A DNA stretch of 64,000 bases from positions 1 to 64,000 of the forward strand of contig JAAILG010001218.1 in NCBI GenBank assembly GCA_012026655.1, read 5' to 3'. Shown here in pieces: positions 48,564-62,256 of this stretch. Under the pieces are notes generated by a model. The model saw nothing but the letters and a program-made list of their open reading frames with translations, did no database searches and was not told the origin of the DNA. Position numbers and translations under genes: made by a program. The stretch is from Hydrolagus affinis (Eukaryota). Position 1 is the stretch's first letter, and every line of letters begins with the position of its first letter.

Positions 48564-51500
48564 ACATCTGCTTTGGGTCCTCTTAAGCACGGTGATGACT
48601 TTCCGCATGTGTCGGACACCGGCTGACCACCAAATACCCTGGATCAGGCTTCTGGATCTGCTCGCAAATCTTCACACGAGAAAAAGGGTTCTTTATAACA
48701 TTGTAATTCATCGACTGTTGCGGGGGAGATAACACAAAACCTCCCCAGTTTGCAAACTCGGACAATGTAGTAAACGGATTTGTTTAACATTTTAAAGTAT
48801 TTGCTTCACAGCAGATCTGTCAACATGAATGTGACAAAATAGGAAATATATGAAAACAGATGCCTGGCAGTGAACTATAATCAAGAAATAATAATAAATC
48901 ATCCTTGCATTTGAAGAAATCATGAATTGCGAGAGTGTTGTTTAAGCCATTTGAATATATGCAGAACCCTGAGATTGAATTCTGATAATAATCCTTGAGT
49001 CTGATAATAGCGCTTTTCACGTCTTCGAGACGTTTCAAAGAGCTTCGCATAATATACTGTAAAGTGTCTTGACTGTATATACGTGGGAGAATGACTGCCT
49101 CATCACACTGACCTTGGCAGGTGATGGGTTTCCGTATGTGTCAGACACCCGGCTGACACAAAAAGAAATGCATTTTCAGAACAATGAGGTTGCGGAGTAT
49201 GCGGAGGAGATGAAGCTGACCTGTGAACACTGATTTGTGAGCGCAACCTGGCAGTTGACTGCCTCGGGCATTGCCTCTCTATCCAGGCTTCACTGTCTTC
49301 ACTGACTTCACTTTAAGCGCTCCGAGATTCCGCACGGCGTGGAGGGCGCTGTATAAATCAAAGTTGTTGTTGTTGCTCTGTTGCAATGCTGGGGGTACAC
49401 CGCATTGTCGGTGGTGCTGTCTTCAGATGAGACCTTTAAAATTTAGGTCTTGTCAGTCTGATCCGGTAGATGTTATAATGAATAGGCTGCAAAGTGAATT
49501 GACTGTATATGTTGTGAGTGAATGTATGTTAGCGATCCCATGGCACAATTTGAAAGAAGAGAGTTTATTTCTCTTTAAGGATTACGGCAGCAAATTGGTC
49601 CCATTTTCTTCTTCCCCCCAAATCTACATTTCACTGTTTGCCCGTGGGGGCTAGGATTTGAGAATCACTCCTGACTGGATATGAAACGTGTTCAAAAAAA
49701 TGTAGTTCACAGGCTGTTTTGACTCCTCTATGCTTAACAGCTGTCAGAAACAGACTGTTGAATCACGAGGGTTTTGTGTTTAAAAGGGAAACAAATGTGT
49801 ATCTGATTAACATTTTATTGAGGCTAGTTGTCCCTTTGGCCAGTTTCCCAGGGGTCTGCAGCACATAATCCTTTGGACATTTAGGTTGCGATGAGTCTTG
49901 AAGGATTTTAATTTCAACATGGGATTTACCTGGCGCTCAAATATGTAGCAGCTTAATTTTCTGCACGTCTATGTTCAATTTAACACTGGTGATCCAGGCA
50001 AATGCCATGAAACGCACAGTCAATACTGCCTCTAAGTGAAACAACTGTGCTACTGCATTCCTTGCTGTTGGTTCATAAAAAGACACGCATTCATTTTTAG
50101 TCTGAGCTGAGTAATAATGAGTCATTATTAGTTATTAAATAATAATTAAATCATTAATTATTAAGTCATTACAAAATAATCCTAGTAATTCTTTGTTTGA
50201 CAATAACTACCTTTCACCTCGGGCGGGAGGGAAAGTGCCAAAGTGCTTCCACAGGAATTACCGTAATCTGTAGTGACAGGGTATTTTGGAGGTGAGCCCG
50301 GCATCCAATTTTCACACAGCAATGCCCCACAAAGAGCCGTGAGGTGAACGACAATCTGAAGATGGAGCGTAGGCCAGGCACGGACAAGTGATAAAAATGA
50401 TTGAATAGCAATAATCATAATCCTTGCGTTTGACAGAGTGCCTCATCATATCATTGAGACGTCTCAAAGAGCTTCACAGAATATATTAGATGGTAATTTT
50501 TTGTGGGCGAAATCCGTTGGGCAAAAATAAAAATAACATCGTTATGCGTAGAAAGCCGTTTGAAGTACGACAAATAGCCTTAACTTTCCTTGGCCGTTTA
50601 AAGCATCTACAGCTCTTCTTTTCCTTTCCGACTTGTCCTTTATTTGATCATCCACCCTTCGGAGAAAAAAAACCTTCTTCTCTGGCCTTACACCATCTGC
50701 TGCCGGGTCACTACAGGAAAACAAGTTGGACGCCAGCGCCTTTTCCTCTTCAGAGATTCCACTCGGCACAGCTGTGTTCCATGTGCTATTTATATAATAA
50801 TCAAGCTGTTGAGCTAAGACTAGGCAATATTTTCCATTGCTTCCCTTTTGGTGCTGAAACTAACAGTGATTAAGACAAACTGTGTGTCACTGGGGGGTAG
50901 GGAGTCAGCCCACTCAGCTCCTGTTAACCCCGCAAGCCAAAGTCCTGGACAAGCAGTGGGAAGGCTTGCGATATCACAGGTGAGTTAAGTGGTTTTAGCT
51001 GATTAGACTCCAGCAGTTACCCCAACGCACACTCTGGCGTACCCCAAATCCTTGGCTCTTGCCAAACCCCGTGCCTAATACCTACCGGAATTAGGTAAGC
51101 CGGATGCGTCCCTCACAGGGAGAGAGTGCGCATTCCATTCCAACAATCTATCGCTGGGATTTCCACGTGAAGGTGGGATGTATGGAATTCTCAGCTTGGT
51201 TTGGGTTCTCTTAGACACGGCGACGGGTCTCCGCAAGTGTCAGACACCCGGCTGACATGGTGTGAATAATTACCGGCGTGCTCAGTGAGTGTTGATAAAA
51301 ATCCTGAGGTACCAAGCACTGCAACCTAACTAGTTGCCAGAATTCAAATGGAATGTCACACTTAACAAGTCTTGAGCGATCTAGCCATCAATCTAAATCC
51401 CTGTCGAGTAAAGCACAGTTCAAAATCCCTCTCCGAGTCAAGCCAAAAGTCATCCTGCCAAGAGTTTACACTCAGAAAGGATTTTCTAAATACTGTATTT

Positions 51501-52674
51501 CTAAAGATATACAGTATTAAAGTATAAACGATATGAATTCACTGCTGGTCATTTTGCGGGTTTATTATTGTGGCCATAAATCAGTCCTAAGATGCGAGAA
51601 CGATATAATTAGAGCAACACTAACATGTCATTGTTATTTATTGTACTTGTAATGGCATGGGCTTCGTTTCATAAACCAATACTTTGATGCAAAGCGGGAT
51701 ATTTGGCAAAACATTCGAACACGTTGCAGAGATAAAATAAATCACAGATCAGATAAAATAGATCTCCCATAGCACCTTTCGCGTCAGGCCCTCTCAAAGC
51801 GGTTCGCAGGATACTATAACAGTAGAGTTACTGTTTCTGTCTTTTAGGTGCACGTGACAGCCAATTTGCGCAGCAAAGTCCCACAAGACAGCCATGGAGT
51901 GAATTCAACAATTCTGTTTTATTTGGGGACTATTGTTGACCAGAACCTTGGGAGAAATTCCCTCTCTTCTCCCACAGTGAACAAACTATACATCCTCAAA
52001 AAACTTAGGTTAGACAAAAGCTTCCACAATTTATCCTGCCTCCATATCAGAATGTCTCAACCTTCTTACACGCAGGACTGTCACAAAACAACTGTAACCA
52101 ACCCGTGTTAGGGTCCATAAATGCCATTGCATCCGAATAATTTGGGAGCACGCCAATAAAAATGAGCCCATCTTTGAGGCCGGCTCCATGCACACAATGC
52201 GTGGTGTTGCTTGTTGACAGATGGCTTTACACGTCAGATAATATCACAATCAGGAACTCTAACATCTGGAAAACAATCTACAGTATTTCTCATCACTTGC
52301 CAAAAGAGCGACCTCTGACTTCAGAGAACAAAACTTTTTCCCCCGAAAAGAACAAAATGGAGGATGTGTTCTGTTCCAAGTTATTATTAGTCAGGACAAC
52401 CAAAGCCAAAAAAGGAAATCTCAGAGATGAATTATTGCTTATTTACTTAATTGGATAATGGCAACTTAGTCATTTGCTTTATGAGATGTAGCAAAGACAC
52501 ATATGGTAAATTGCCGTCCCTTGAACAAACAGCGCTGCAATTTTTTTGATGACCCACAAATTATATTTTAAAATGGAATGCCAGATTGCTTTTTTTGGTC
52601 AAATTAAATTTTTTTCTAGATGCTCGGGATGAGAGCTAACTTTCTACAGTGGAATATCAACAAGACCGAGGCTC

Positions 52675-53050
52675 TTAAGATTTAAAGCCATCCACGGACT
52701 TGCTCCCCCCTACGTTTGCGACCTCCTAACCACCTACCAAACCTGCTCACTCCATTCTCTCACTGGGCTCCGGCCTGCTTCACGTCCACCGCCTTGCCCA
52801 CCCCACCATTGGCAGTCGGGCCATCAGTCACTCTGCCCCACCTTCTGGAACTCCATCCCCGCAGTCCCTCCTCCTCGCCCCTCTCTTGCCTCCTTCAAGA
52901 CCCAGCTCAACTTCAACTATGCCTTTGATCACCTTCCAACCCCCACTGCCCTCCACCCTCTCCAATCCTGACCCCAAGCTGATTGTCCAGTGCCTTAGGA
53001 TCTCCTCCAGACTTTAAGAATGCTATACAAGTGTAATTTTGTTGTTGTTG
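52675..53050 (+). mobile_element. L2 3' fragment
   Basis: FKAIHGLAPPY-like sequence and (TTG)n tail. Confidence 0.85.
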
Positions 53051-54779
53051 TACCTGTAGCAAGGAACACATACATTATAATCCTCAATCTTCATTTTCCT
53101 TTTCCCCCCACAATTCAAAATTTCACCTACAAAATACGCTTTTGTGGGTGAAACAGTCACTACGCTTTACAGTGTATTCTGTGAAGTACTTTGAGACGTC
53201 TCAATGGCGTGATAAGGCGCTTTATCAAATGCTATTATCATTATTAATTTGTAATTGCATCTCAGAAAGGCATCAAGAGTTATTTTCAAGTTCCTAAAGC
53301 GACTGGGCGGAACTGCCAATCTGTTACTAATCCCTGAAGCAGTTTTGTGCTTTAGTCCAAACTAATATCACTTAGTTCCTCATAAATAGCAAAGAAAACA
53401 GATTTTAATCCAGCCAATCTAAACATTAAACCTGGAGATGAAAGCTAACACACTGTAGCATCCAATCCTCAAATCCCAGCTGCCAAAATCCTCCCAATCG
53501 TATGTTCAAAAATAACATTGCATCAGTGGTTGTGTGATCTGTTTCGACGATATTAGTCACTGATAATATGATAAATTAATCTGCATCTCTGATAAAATCA
53601 TTCAGGAATTAGTACCATCGAAAGAGTTGTTAAAAAGGCTTGAGAACTTAATATTAATAATAGTAATCCTTGCATTTTATTATTTTGAAATGTTCAAACC
53701 ATTTCACAATAATTACGGTTAAGTACAATGACTGTATTTGTAGGAAAATGCAATTGTCGGTCAACATAGAATTACAGCAAAGAAGTAGGTCATTGGGGCC
53801 TCAACAGGTTCCTGTATGTCTTTATACGCTCGCTTCTCCTCCCCTCACCCACACCTCTCTATAGAGTACTTCTGCCTCCTTCCTGTATGCGTTGAGTTTC
53901 CCCTCACAGCAATGTTCAACAAAACAGCAAGAAGGTGAATGACCAGACCTCAGTTTAATGTCTCATCTGAAGCTGGAGCTCACTTGGGCAATTTTAAACT
54001 GATTTGAAAAGCCCCCCACCTACCCCACCCATTTTAATATCTGTAATGCCTCGCGAGGTCAAACAGGATTTTTAAAATGACTACTACCACTTTTGAAGTC
54101 GGTTTCCAGATGAATAAAACTAACCAAAAATAAGAGTAGAATATTTTGCAATGGGTTTTTTGTTCAGATGATTACGGGAAATATGCTTTTTTTAAAAAAA
54201 AACACATTTACTGAATAATCCAGTTAATTATATAGGCAGTTGTTAACACGGGCACTCGTGAACTCACAATGGTTTCTGTGGGAAAGTCTGTCCATTGTGC
54301 TTCCAATGAGCTATTCACATTGGTGCTAACTTCACAGACTGCATGCAGTACAAACAGGATGATAATTGTGACTATAAGGCATGGGTTGCAGTTGTAATAC
54401 TGTATTTGTAAATGACTCTGGATATTTTGAAAGCCCTGCAGCATAATACACTGAGTGTGCAGCTCATGTGGAATGCGAACGAATAATAATACTCGCACTT
54501 AACATAGCGCCATACTGCACAAGAGTGCACCACACTACCAATTATTTTGAATTGTATCATTTGGTATTTAGGCAAAAGCAACAGTAACAGCAATGAATTG
54601 ATGAATGGCCGAGTCAGTTCTATTCTGTGACCAGCCATCTCCATATTAACCTCTCTGCTCAACCTGCTCCACTTCCCCCGCCATCTTTCCCTCCCTTTTT
54701 CCCCTAATCCCACTGTTTGTGGGACACTGCTGTGCGCAATTTAGCTTCCGCGTTTCGCCCACAAATATACAGTCAATTT

Positions 54780-55280
54780 TCCTACTCTTCTTCACCCTGC
54801 CCCAATCCCTCCTCCACTGCTCTTGTCCCTACCTGACTGTACGTCACCTTGGGACGTTCTCTCGATGTGAAAGACTCTATAAATGTAGGTTTGATTGATT
54901 GATTGATTTCCTGCCACACCATCGGCAGTCAGGCCTTCAGCCTCTCTGCCTCCCAACTATTGGAACTCCAGCCCAAAGTCCCTTCGCTTTGCCTCCTTCA
55001 AGGCAAATCTCAAGACCCTCCTCTTCGACTACATGTTCAGCCACTCTTCCACCCTGCTCTCCATTTGGCCCATGAAGCTCGCTCATTCGGTAGAACAATC
55101 AGTAAAACAACAACAAAACTACATTTGTGTAGCACCTTTCACGTCAGGGGGATGTCCCAAGGCGTTGGATAGTCATGCTTCAGACCCGAGCAGAGGCCAG
55201 GAGTGGGAAGAGGGAAGTGGGGGATTAGGAGTTACCAATGGGTTCATCGAAGAGGAGAGTCTTGAGGCGGGACTTGAATT
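54780..55280. mobile_element. Cluster of L2 3' fragments in both orientations
   Basis: Plus-strand tail and body at 54780-55060; minus-strand tail at 55100-55280. Confidence 0.75.
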
Positions 55281-55406
55281 CAATTACAGTGGCCAATTGA
55301 CATTCTCACACTCTCAGCTACTTTCAATATCCGCCAATGCAAACTTAACTCACTGAACAGCACTAGGTTTATTGTGAACACGCACACACATATGAATGCA
55401 CCCCAA

Positions 55407-55525
55407 CAGATTATCATTGGCAAAGTGTCGTACACCCGAAACGTTGCCTCACTTTCCTTTCTCCATGGATGCTGCCTGACCTGCTGAGTTTTCCCAGCAA
55501 CTTCTGTTTTTGTTTCAGATTATCA
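55407..55525 (+). mobile_element. Short Penelope-like-element-derived repeat with 10-bp TSD
   Basis: CCCGAAACGTTG...CTCCATGGATGCTGCCTGACCTGCTGAG...TTCTGTTTTTGTTT, flanked by CAGATTATCA at 55407-55416 and 55516-55525. Confidence 0.75.
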
Positions 55526-58029
55526 ACTGGAATTTCCTCCAAGTCCCACTAAACCAGGTAATTCGCTTCAGTCTCCTTATTCAAAAACAGTGTTTTAAAA
55601 GAGGCACTCGAAGGAAATCGGTTTTCTTCAACGTCACTCCGTATCAACACTGATGTAAACATACTCGCATTTGATATAAGCGACTTTTATGACTTTCAGG
55701 AGGACGTATCAAAGCACTTCCCAGAGTATACTGTTGCGTCTAGCGAGCGAGTATTTTGCAGTCGAATGCCGTGCAAACACAGGGTAAAGGTACGAAAAGA
55801 TCCAGTCAAAGAACTGAACAACGACAAAAGAAATAAACTCTTTAAGTTTGCCATGTTTATTTTAGGAAATATATATCAAACATACACATTTTTATTTTAC
55901 ACATATAGTTCAATTCGACAATGCATGAAAACCGGAAAAAAAGAAACGCACATAGAAAGGTCATGCAATGAAATGCGGAAGTTAAGCTTCAATTCAACGT
56001 TTCATATAATTACTGAGCAATACTGAGCAATTTAATGTGCTACTTTTTAATACTTTTGATTAGATGGATTAAAAAATTCCAAGGAGTGCCTCGTTTAAAG
56101 GAAGAAAATATATATTTTTTAATTTTTGAGTTGGCAATAGTTCTTTTGGTAACAAAAGCAGTTGTCCTAGCCGCCATTTAACATTGTCACATTACTAATG
56201 ATTACTAAATCATTTGATTTTGATAACAATAGTCACCTGACTGGGTTTTGAAGTTAAATGAGACATCCATAACTTGGTCTTGCTTCCAATCAAAGCGAAG
56301 GTGAGAAGCCTCAACACGCAAGGATTTGGGATTTTCTTAAATACATGTCGCCTGACTGTATTTCGTTTCGATATAGTGAAACATGCTGGTATAATATATT
56401 CTAAATAAATAGAGCAGTAATCATTAATCCAATGATTTTGTTTCTTTGCCCAACTCCCCCCACCCCACCCCACTCACCCCGGTTTAGTTTTATCCACTGC
56501 AGTAATACTCAAAGCGTTTTTTTTTTAATCCACCAAAGCATTCTGTTCATAAATGGATGCAATTTTCCTATGCGTTTTACCAAACAGTTAATTTTGTATT
56601 AAAAATATATACCTCATCCACACACACAAAAATCTATATTTGCATCAAAACATTCCTCAATATTGCCCTTTGGTATCTTGAAAGCCTATGAAATAAAACA
56701 ATACAAAAATACGGCAATGTGCAGCGTTTGGTTTCAGAACAGATAACCGTGCGTTTGGGAACAGAACACCAAACCGTGGAATAAATTACTTCGAGACTAG
56801 CAAAGGGCCTTGCGCAATGGCGGGTCGGTGAACTTTTCCAACAATTCTCAGCTCCCAGTCGATCAAACAAGTTTGGCATCCCTGGTGAATGGCTACATGC
56901 CGTTTGTTCACATGTTGCTGTTTAAATCCTTCTCTGTTTCCTGCCCGTCAGGCAAGCCATTCCCCTCGCTCAGCCGCTGGACCCTGTACGCTTCATAGTG
57001 GATGTTGCTGGTCACGTCTTTCAGATTCTGCATGTGAGTCCTGAGAGTACAAGATGGTGATCAACAACAACTTGCATTTATATTCCATTCCGTTGCAACA
57101 ATCTATCTCTGGGATTTCCATTAAAATCTCAGCTTGGTTTGAATACAAGTTCATAATAAAAATAATCCTTGTGTTTGAAATGGCGTCTTTTCGCATCTTC
57201 GAGACGTGTCAAAGTGCTATAAACTGTGTGTACGGTTCGTGTGATCGAGTTTTACGCACGTGAAATATCTACATAACAGCAAGATGGAGCAATCGTTAAA
57301 AAAAGTATTACAGAGTGTGAAGCTGCAATTAACAATGTAAAAGAAAATTAAGCCTTCGTAATAGATATCTACAGTACATACTATACACAGAATACTCTCT
57401 GTATACTAACCTTATCAGCAGATCACGCAAGTAGGCAAATTCGCAGTGAGTAATATTCTCCACTGGAAAAGACATTAGAAATGAAATAGGATATGTTACA
57501 TTTCAGCCAACGTTTTGTATTCTAAGCACAAGATAACACAGCTGTACACAATTCCCTGGCTTTTGAGTTGAGTTGGGTCATAATGTTACTCAAGTGACTG
57601 ACAGATACATCCAACAAGGATCTTATATATTCAGTACCATTTGGTACTATCACTGACAGGTGTGGGAGTTTTCCTAGGGACTGAGATACTTGCCTTGAGA
57701 CCGAGTCTGCCGTTATTTCACTGTCCAAAAGCACTGAGTCTAACAAATGGCCTTGGATATAGAGATTAAAATATCCTGCTGTTAAATGACCACGAGAGGG
57801 CAGAAGAGCATGGTCCATGCTTACAATGGCCCATTTAACTGGAGGGTGAACAGCTGATTCCAGTCCTATCAGGCTGCCATATCTCCAGACAGAGTGCAGT
57901 CCCGACTTGCCATCAGATAATGTAAAGACTCCTCGCTATCTAAGTTCTAGTTGTTCCTGCATTATACAGTCACAGTTCAGGATGGTTGAAGCAAATTGGT
58001 TTGCGAAACATTTTTTAAATAAAACCCAG

Positions 58030-58267
58030 GGGCAGAAATTCCACTCGGTTCAGGATTCTTTCCATTTTCTTAGCATTGCAGAGTGAGTGCATGGCAATCT
58101 CGCAAATCGTTCCATTCAGTCTCTACGGCAGTGAGTTACTGCTGTGTTCCCTAAAAGAAACTTGCAGAAAATCAGCTTCCAAACGAAGGCGGTATTTAAA
58201 GATTTACCCCATTTCTGGATGTTTCTGAAGATAAGAATAAACCTGGAACCAGGTGGAAATTCTACCC
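58030..58267. mobile_element. MITE-like element with ~25-bp imperfect terminal inverted repeats
   Basis: Left end GGGCAGAAATTCCACTCGGTTCAGG versus reverse-complemented right end GGGTAGAATTTCCACCTGGTTCCAGG. Confidence 0.65.
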
Positions 58268-59127
58268 AAGTTAGTTACAAAATTGGAGGATATATTTCAG
58301 AGTAATGGCAAATTCTCCCATCTCATACGCATGTGCATTTGCCAAGAATTTGAAGAAAATGCATTTCGGAATGCACTGCAAAGCCTTAAAACAACAACAA
58401 ACAGTAAAATTACACTTGTATAGCGCCTTTCACATCAGGAAGACATCCCAAGGTGCTGGACAGTCAGCACTAACCACATAAAAACTAACCAGGTTAACTA
58501 AGACCTTGAATGAATGTAGGAAAATGAAGGGAAGGGGAGGACAAGGATACGGAGTGAAATGGTCTTGGAAATCGTAAAACAAAACGAGAAACCCCGTCAA
58601 TTTGCTGGAGTGTGTTGTTTGCTCTTAGCTGAGAGAAGAGAGAAGGAGCCTTTGGGCTCTTTTACCCCCCAATTATAAATGTAGACGTATCTGTGCTGCA
58701 AGGGCTTTGTAAATTTTTCCAAAAATCAGGTCGTTAGTCACTGTTGTCCACTGGGAAAACTGTTCATGAAAACATCCTACAGATATTATTCATTGCTCCC
58801 CTTTGGGTGTCTTTCAAAGTATAAACATTCAGAGAATATTTTGCTTCCCTCTGCAGGTTTTTGCTGATGGAGCACAACTTGTATTTTATACAGATATGGT
58901 TTACATCAATTTAATTATTTCCTTCGTACAGCTCTTAAAACTGGTACCATAAAAGTTCAAAGTTGGTCGTATTATTCACTCATTTCTTGCAGTCAATCTG
59001 CCAAGTGGCCATTCTTTATGAAAAGAAGACGTTTTAAAAATCCTGCTCTATGTGCAAAAGAACATAAGAAATGTTAGACAAAATAAAGATAAACTACCTA
59101 TCAAACTACCTATATCCCATAGCCTTG

Positions 59128-59342
59128 CTCCACATGCCTAATAATAATCCCTCCCCCCAAAAAAAAATGGATCATTTCAATCCACGACTGTTTGTGGGAC
59201 GCTGCTGTGCGCAATTGGCTGCCGCATTTCGCCCACAAATATACAGTCAATTCACTTTACAGTATATTCTGTGAAGCGTTTTGAGACGTCGATAAGATGT
59301 GAAAAGCGCTATATCAAATGCAAGGATTATTATTATTATTAT
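59128..59342 (+). mobile_element. Deu-SINE 3' two-thirds
   Basis: Close to the window consensus. Confidence 0.9.
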
Positions 59343-61036
59343 AATGTTGTTTGTAAGAACATAATGAAATGCTTTCAGTTTTAAAATGAGGTAAAATGCT
59401 GTTTGCATTAAGGATAATTAACTGGAAATGACCTTGCCATGCACTAGTTAGAACACTTTTGGATGCTGCGCTAGTTTCAAATAATCACAGCCTGATGTTG
59501 TGATGGACAGATGGAAGGATGAGATCAAATGAACTGAAGGGGCCTTCTCCATCCAAATCAATCTTATGAGATTGTGATCTGCACATAACCTTCCCGAGAC
59601 AAACAATTACAACAGTCGTATAACTCTCAATTATTTTAGCTGGTGCTGTAGCCAATTTGAATTTTACGCGACGTTCAAATATATGCAAAGTTTACTTTCC
59701 CGACCCCAATTTGTGTGTGTGATCTGCTCTCTAATGGCTGTTATATTGTTATTGATTCAAAAGGAAACACAATGGGGGAAATATTTATTTACAGGAAACT
59801 CTTGGATTTAAGACGATGATTACATCCTGTTAAGTAGATTTCAATTCAATTTAATTGTCAAGAGAATTATGCCAATAGTAGCCATTCGAGAGATTGCTAT
59901 TGATCAGCCACAATAAAACTTTCAGGAAAGGAAGCATTTACAATAAGAAAGTGTTGTTACTGAGTTGGTTTTAGCGTTTATAACCTGGGCCGGCCAAGAT
60001 GAACAAATGTTCAGTTAATCAATTGGGGCTAAGTGCGATTACCTGCAAGTCTATCTACAAGCTGAGCAGTTTGGTGAACGATTCATTAGCTTGAATTTAA
60101 ACTGTCAAATTAGATCATGGTTTCAACTTCGAAATTGGCTGAAGAACAACTTCTGATATGTTCGTCTCTCAGCCCATCTTCAGGCTTCAAGCAATTCCAC
60201 TTCCAAGCTGTTTTTAACCATGTTCTGGGAAACAGCCCATCTTTGTGCAGTGGTGCTGTGCGGGGTGGATTTGGATTGAGCACACTGAGAAACAAGGACG
60301 ACAGTTCCAGAAAGAAGAAACTGGGAACTTACTCTAGATATTTTGGGAGCCTCCCAGTAACAAGAACCAGCTGGTCAGCAAATAAAACCTTCCAGTAATG
60401 ACCAAATGCAGAACTGTAGCAATGTATGATGCTGCACTCAGTCCATTCAGCCCAGTTTGTTGTGTTGGTGTTTGCTCCTCTAACACGACATCAAATTGCC
60501 CTTATATTGCGCCCTCCATGCAGGGTAGTGTCTCTGAGCGCTTAAGAGTTGGGAGAGCGTGGGGGGACGGGGGAAAGCACAGTTGAAAAGGAAGGTTTTC
60601 AGGCGGGACTTGAAAAATGGTAGAGAGGGGTCGAGGTGGAAAGATTGAGGGAGCGTGCTCCACAGTTTGGGGGCATAGTGGCTGAAAGCGCAAAGGAAGT
60701 CCCCATTCCCCGCTGCTTATGCATTCCCTCTAATAAACAGCCCCTGCAAGTGACTGTCGAATGCTCTTAAATGCCTCAAATTGATCCAAGCGTAACAGAC
60801 AGATAGTCTTGGCAAACCGTTCCGCACACTGACAGGGTGCTGGGAGAAGTTCTTCTGAAGCCCCCTTACTCCCCTAGTCACAATCTTGAATTGCGGCCCT
60901 CTCAGCATCAGTTCTCCCATAGTTTCCATTACCTTCGACTGTTCCCCACTTTGTTTTCCGTCCAAGGATTCTCCTTCCATTCACCTGATACTCCAAGTTA
61001 CTTCCGACCACTGCAAATGGCACCATTTCCTAAAAA

Positions 61037-61525
61037 CAATAACGACAACAACAAAATTACACTTATAGAGGTGCCTTTCACATCGGGAGGACGTCCCAAG
61101 GCTCTGAACAGTCACGTCAGGACCTGAGCAAGGGAGAGAGGCAAAGTAAGGGGAAGGGACGGGAGAAGGCACGATCAAAGAGGAGAGTCTTGAGACCGGC
61201 CTTGAAGGAGGCAAGGAAGAAGGCGAGGTGAAGGGACTGTGGGATGGAGTTCTCTGTGGGGGGCAGAGAGGCTGAAAGCCCGTCCACCGATTATAGGGCG
61301 GGTGGGCGGGGGACATGGAGCAGACTGGAGCCTGCTGAACAGAGGGGGCGGGCAGGTTCATAGGGGGACTGCAGCTCAGAGAGATAGGAATAGCCTTGAA
61401 AGTGAGGACGAGGATCTTCAATTCAATCCGCTGGGGAGCCAATGGAGCCGGGTGAGGGTGGGAGTGATGTGATCGCGGAGCTTGGTGCGGGAGAGGACAC
61501 GAGCTGCAGAGTTCTGGATGATCAG
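61037..61525 (-). mobile_element. L2 3' fragment
   Basis: QRIELKILVLTFKA motif and tail. Confidence 0.9.
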
Positions 61526-62067
61526 AAACAGAAAGATCAACAGATATTGGCAATTCATTTTTGGTCTGAGCTTCTTTGCCTTTGCCTTTACTGGTTAATT
61601 TCAGTACCTGGCCCACTTCCTGACAATAATGGAGTGCAACACATACCATTTCCTGCAGAACCCTTTCAGACCTAATCCGTTACAATCTGTTCATCTCTGA
61701 ACGACCTGCATTTCCTATCAGAGTTGATCATTGTCGCTCTTCGAGAAAAGCGCACAAGTTGCATTTTTTTTTAACGCCTTTTTTGGAATTGTGTGCAAAC
61801 GCCTTCACTCTGTGTTACATTACTCACGATTCACTGGCTTCCTTTACTCAAGGAGAGCTTTCCCCTCTCCCTCCCAGTTCCAATTACTCTTGTGCGTCTT
61901 TGTTTCGTTCCTTTGCCACTCAATCTCACGACCTTCCTTCCCAAACCTGGCAGCATCCACTACCTTATTCCAAACCCAAACTTCTCCAGTAAATCTAGGA
62001 GAATGCAGACCTCATGACATTTTCCTTGAGTTGGTTTCTGATTTCTTTGGACTGCTGACTGGGGTGT

Positions 62068-62256
62068 AACAATAATAATAATCCTTGCATTTGACGAGGG
62101 TCCATATCACGTCTTCTAGACATCCCACAGCACATCACAGAACATACTGTAAAGTGAATTGACTGCGTATTCTGTAGGCGGCACGCGGCAGCCAAATGCG
62201 CGCAGCAATGTCCCACAAACAGTCGTGGATTGAAGTGACCAATTTATTATCGTTAT
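62068..62256 (-). mobile_element. Deu-SINE 3' half
   Basis: Family sequence. Confidence 0.85.

Noticed and set aside
50830-50860. REST/RE1 half-site GGTGCTGAA
   Set aside because: The CTGTCC half is missing; I saw no canonical RE1 in the window.
60981-61649. Longest ORF in the track (222 aa)
   Set aside because: Lies over a decayed L2 3' end; only short in-frame ORF2 motifs, so not a host gene.
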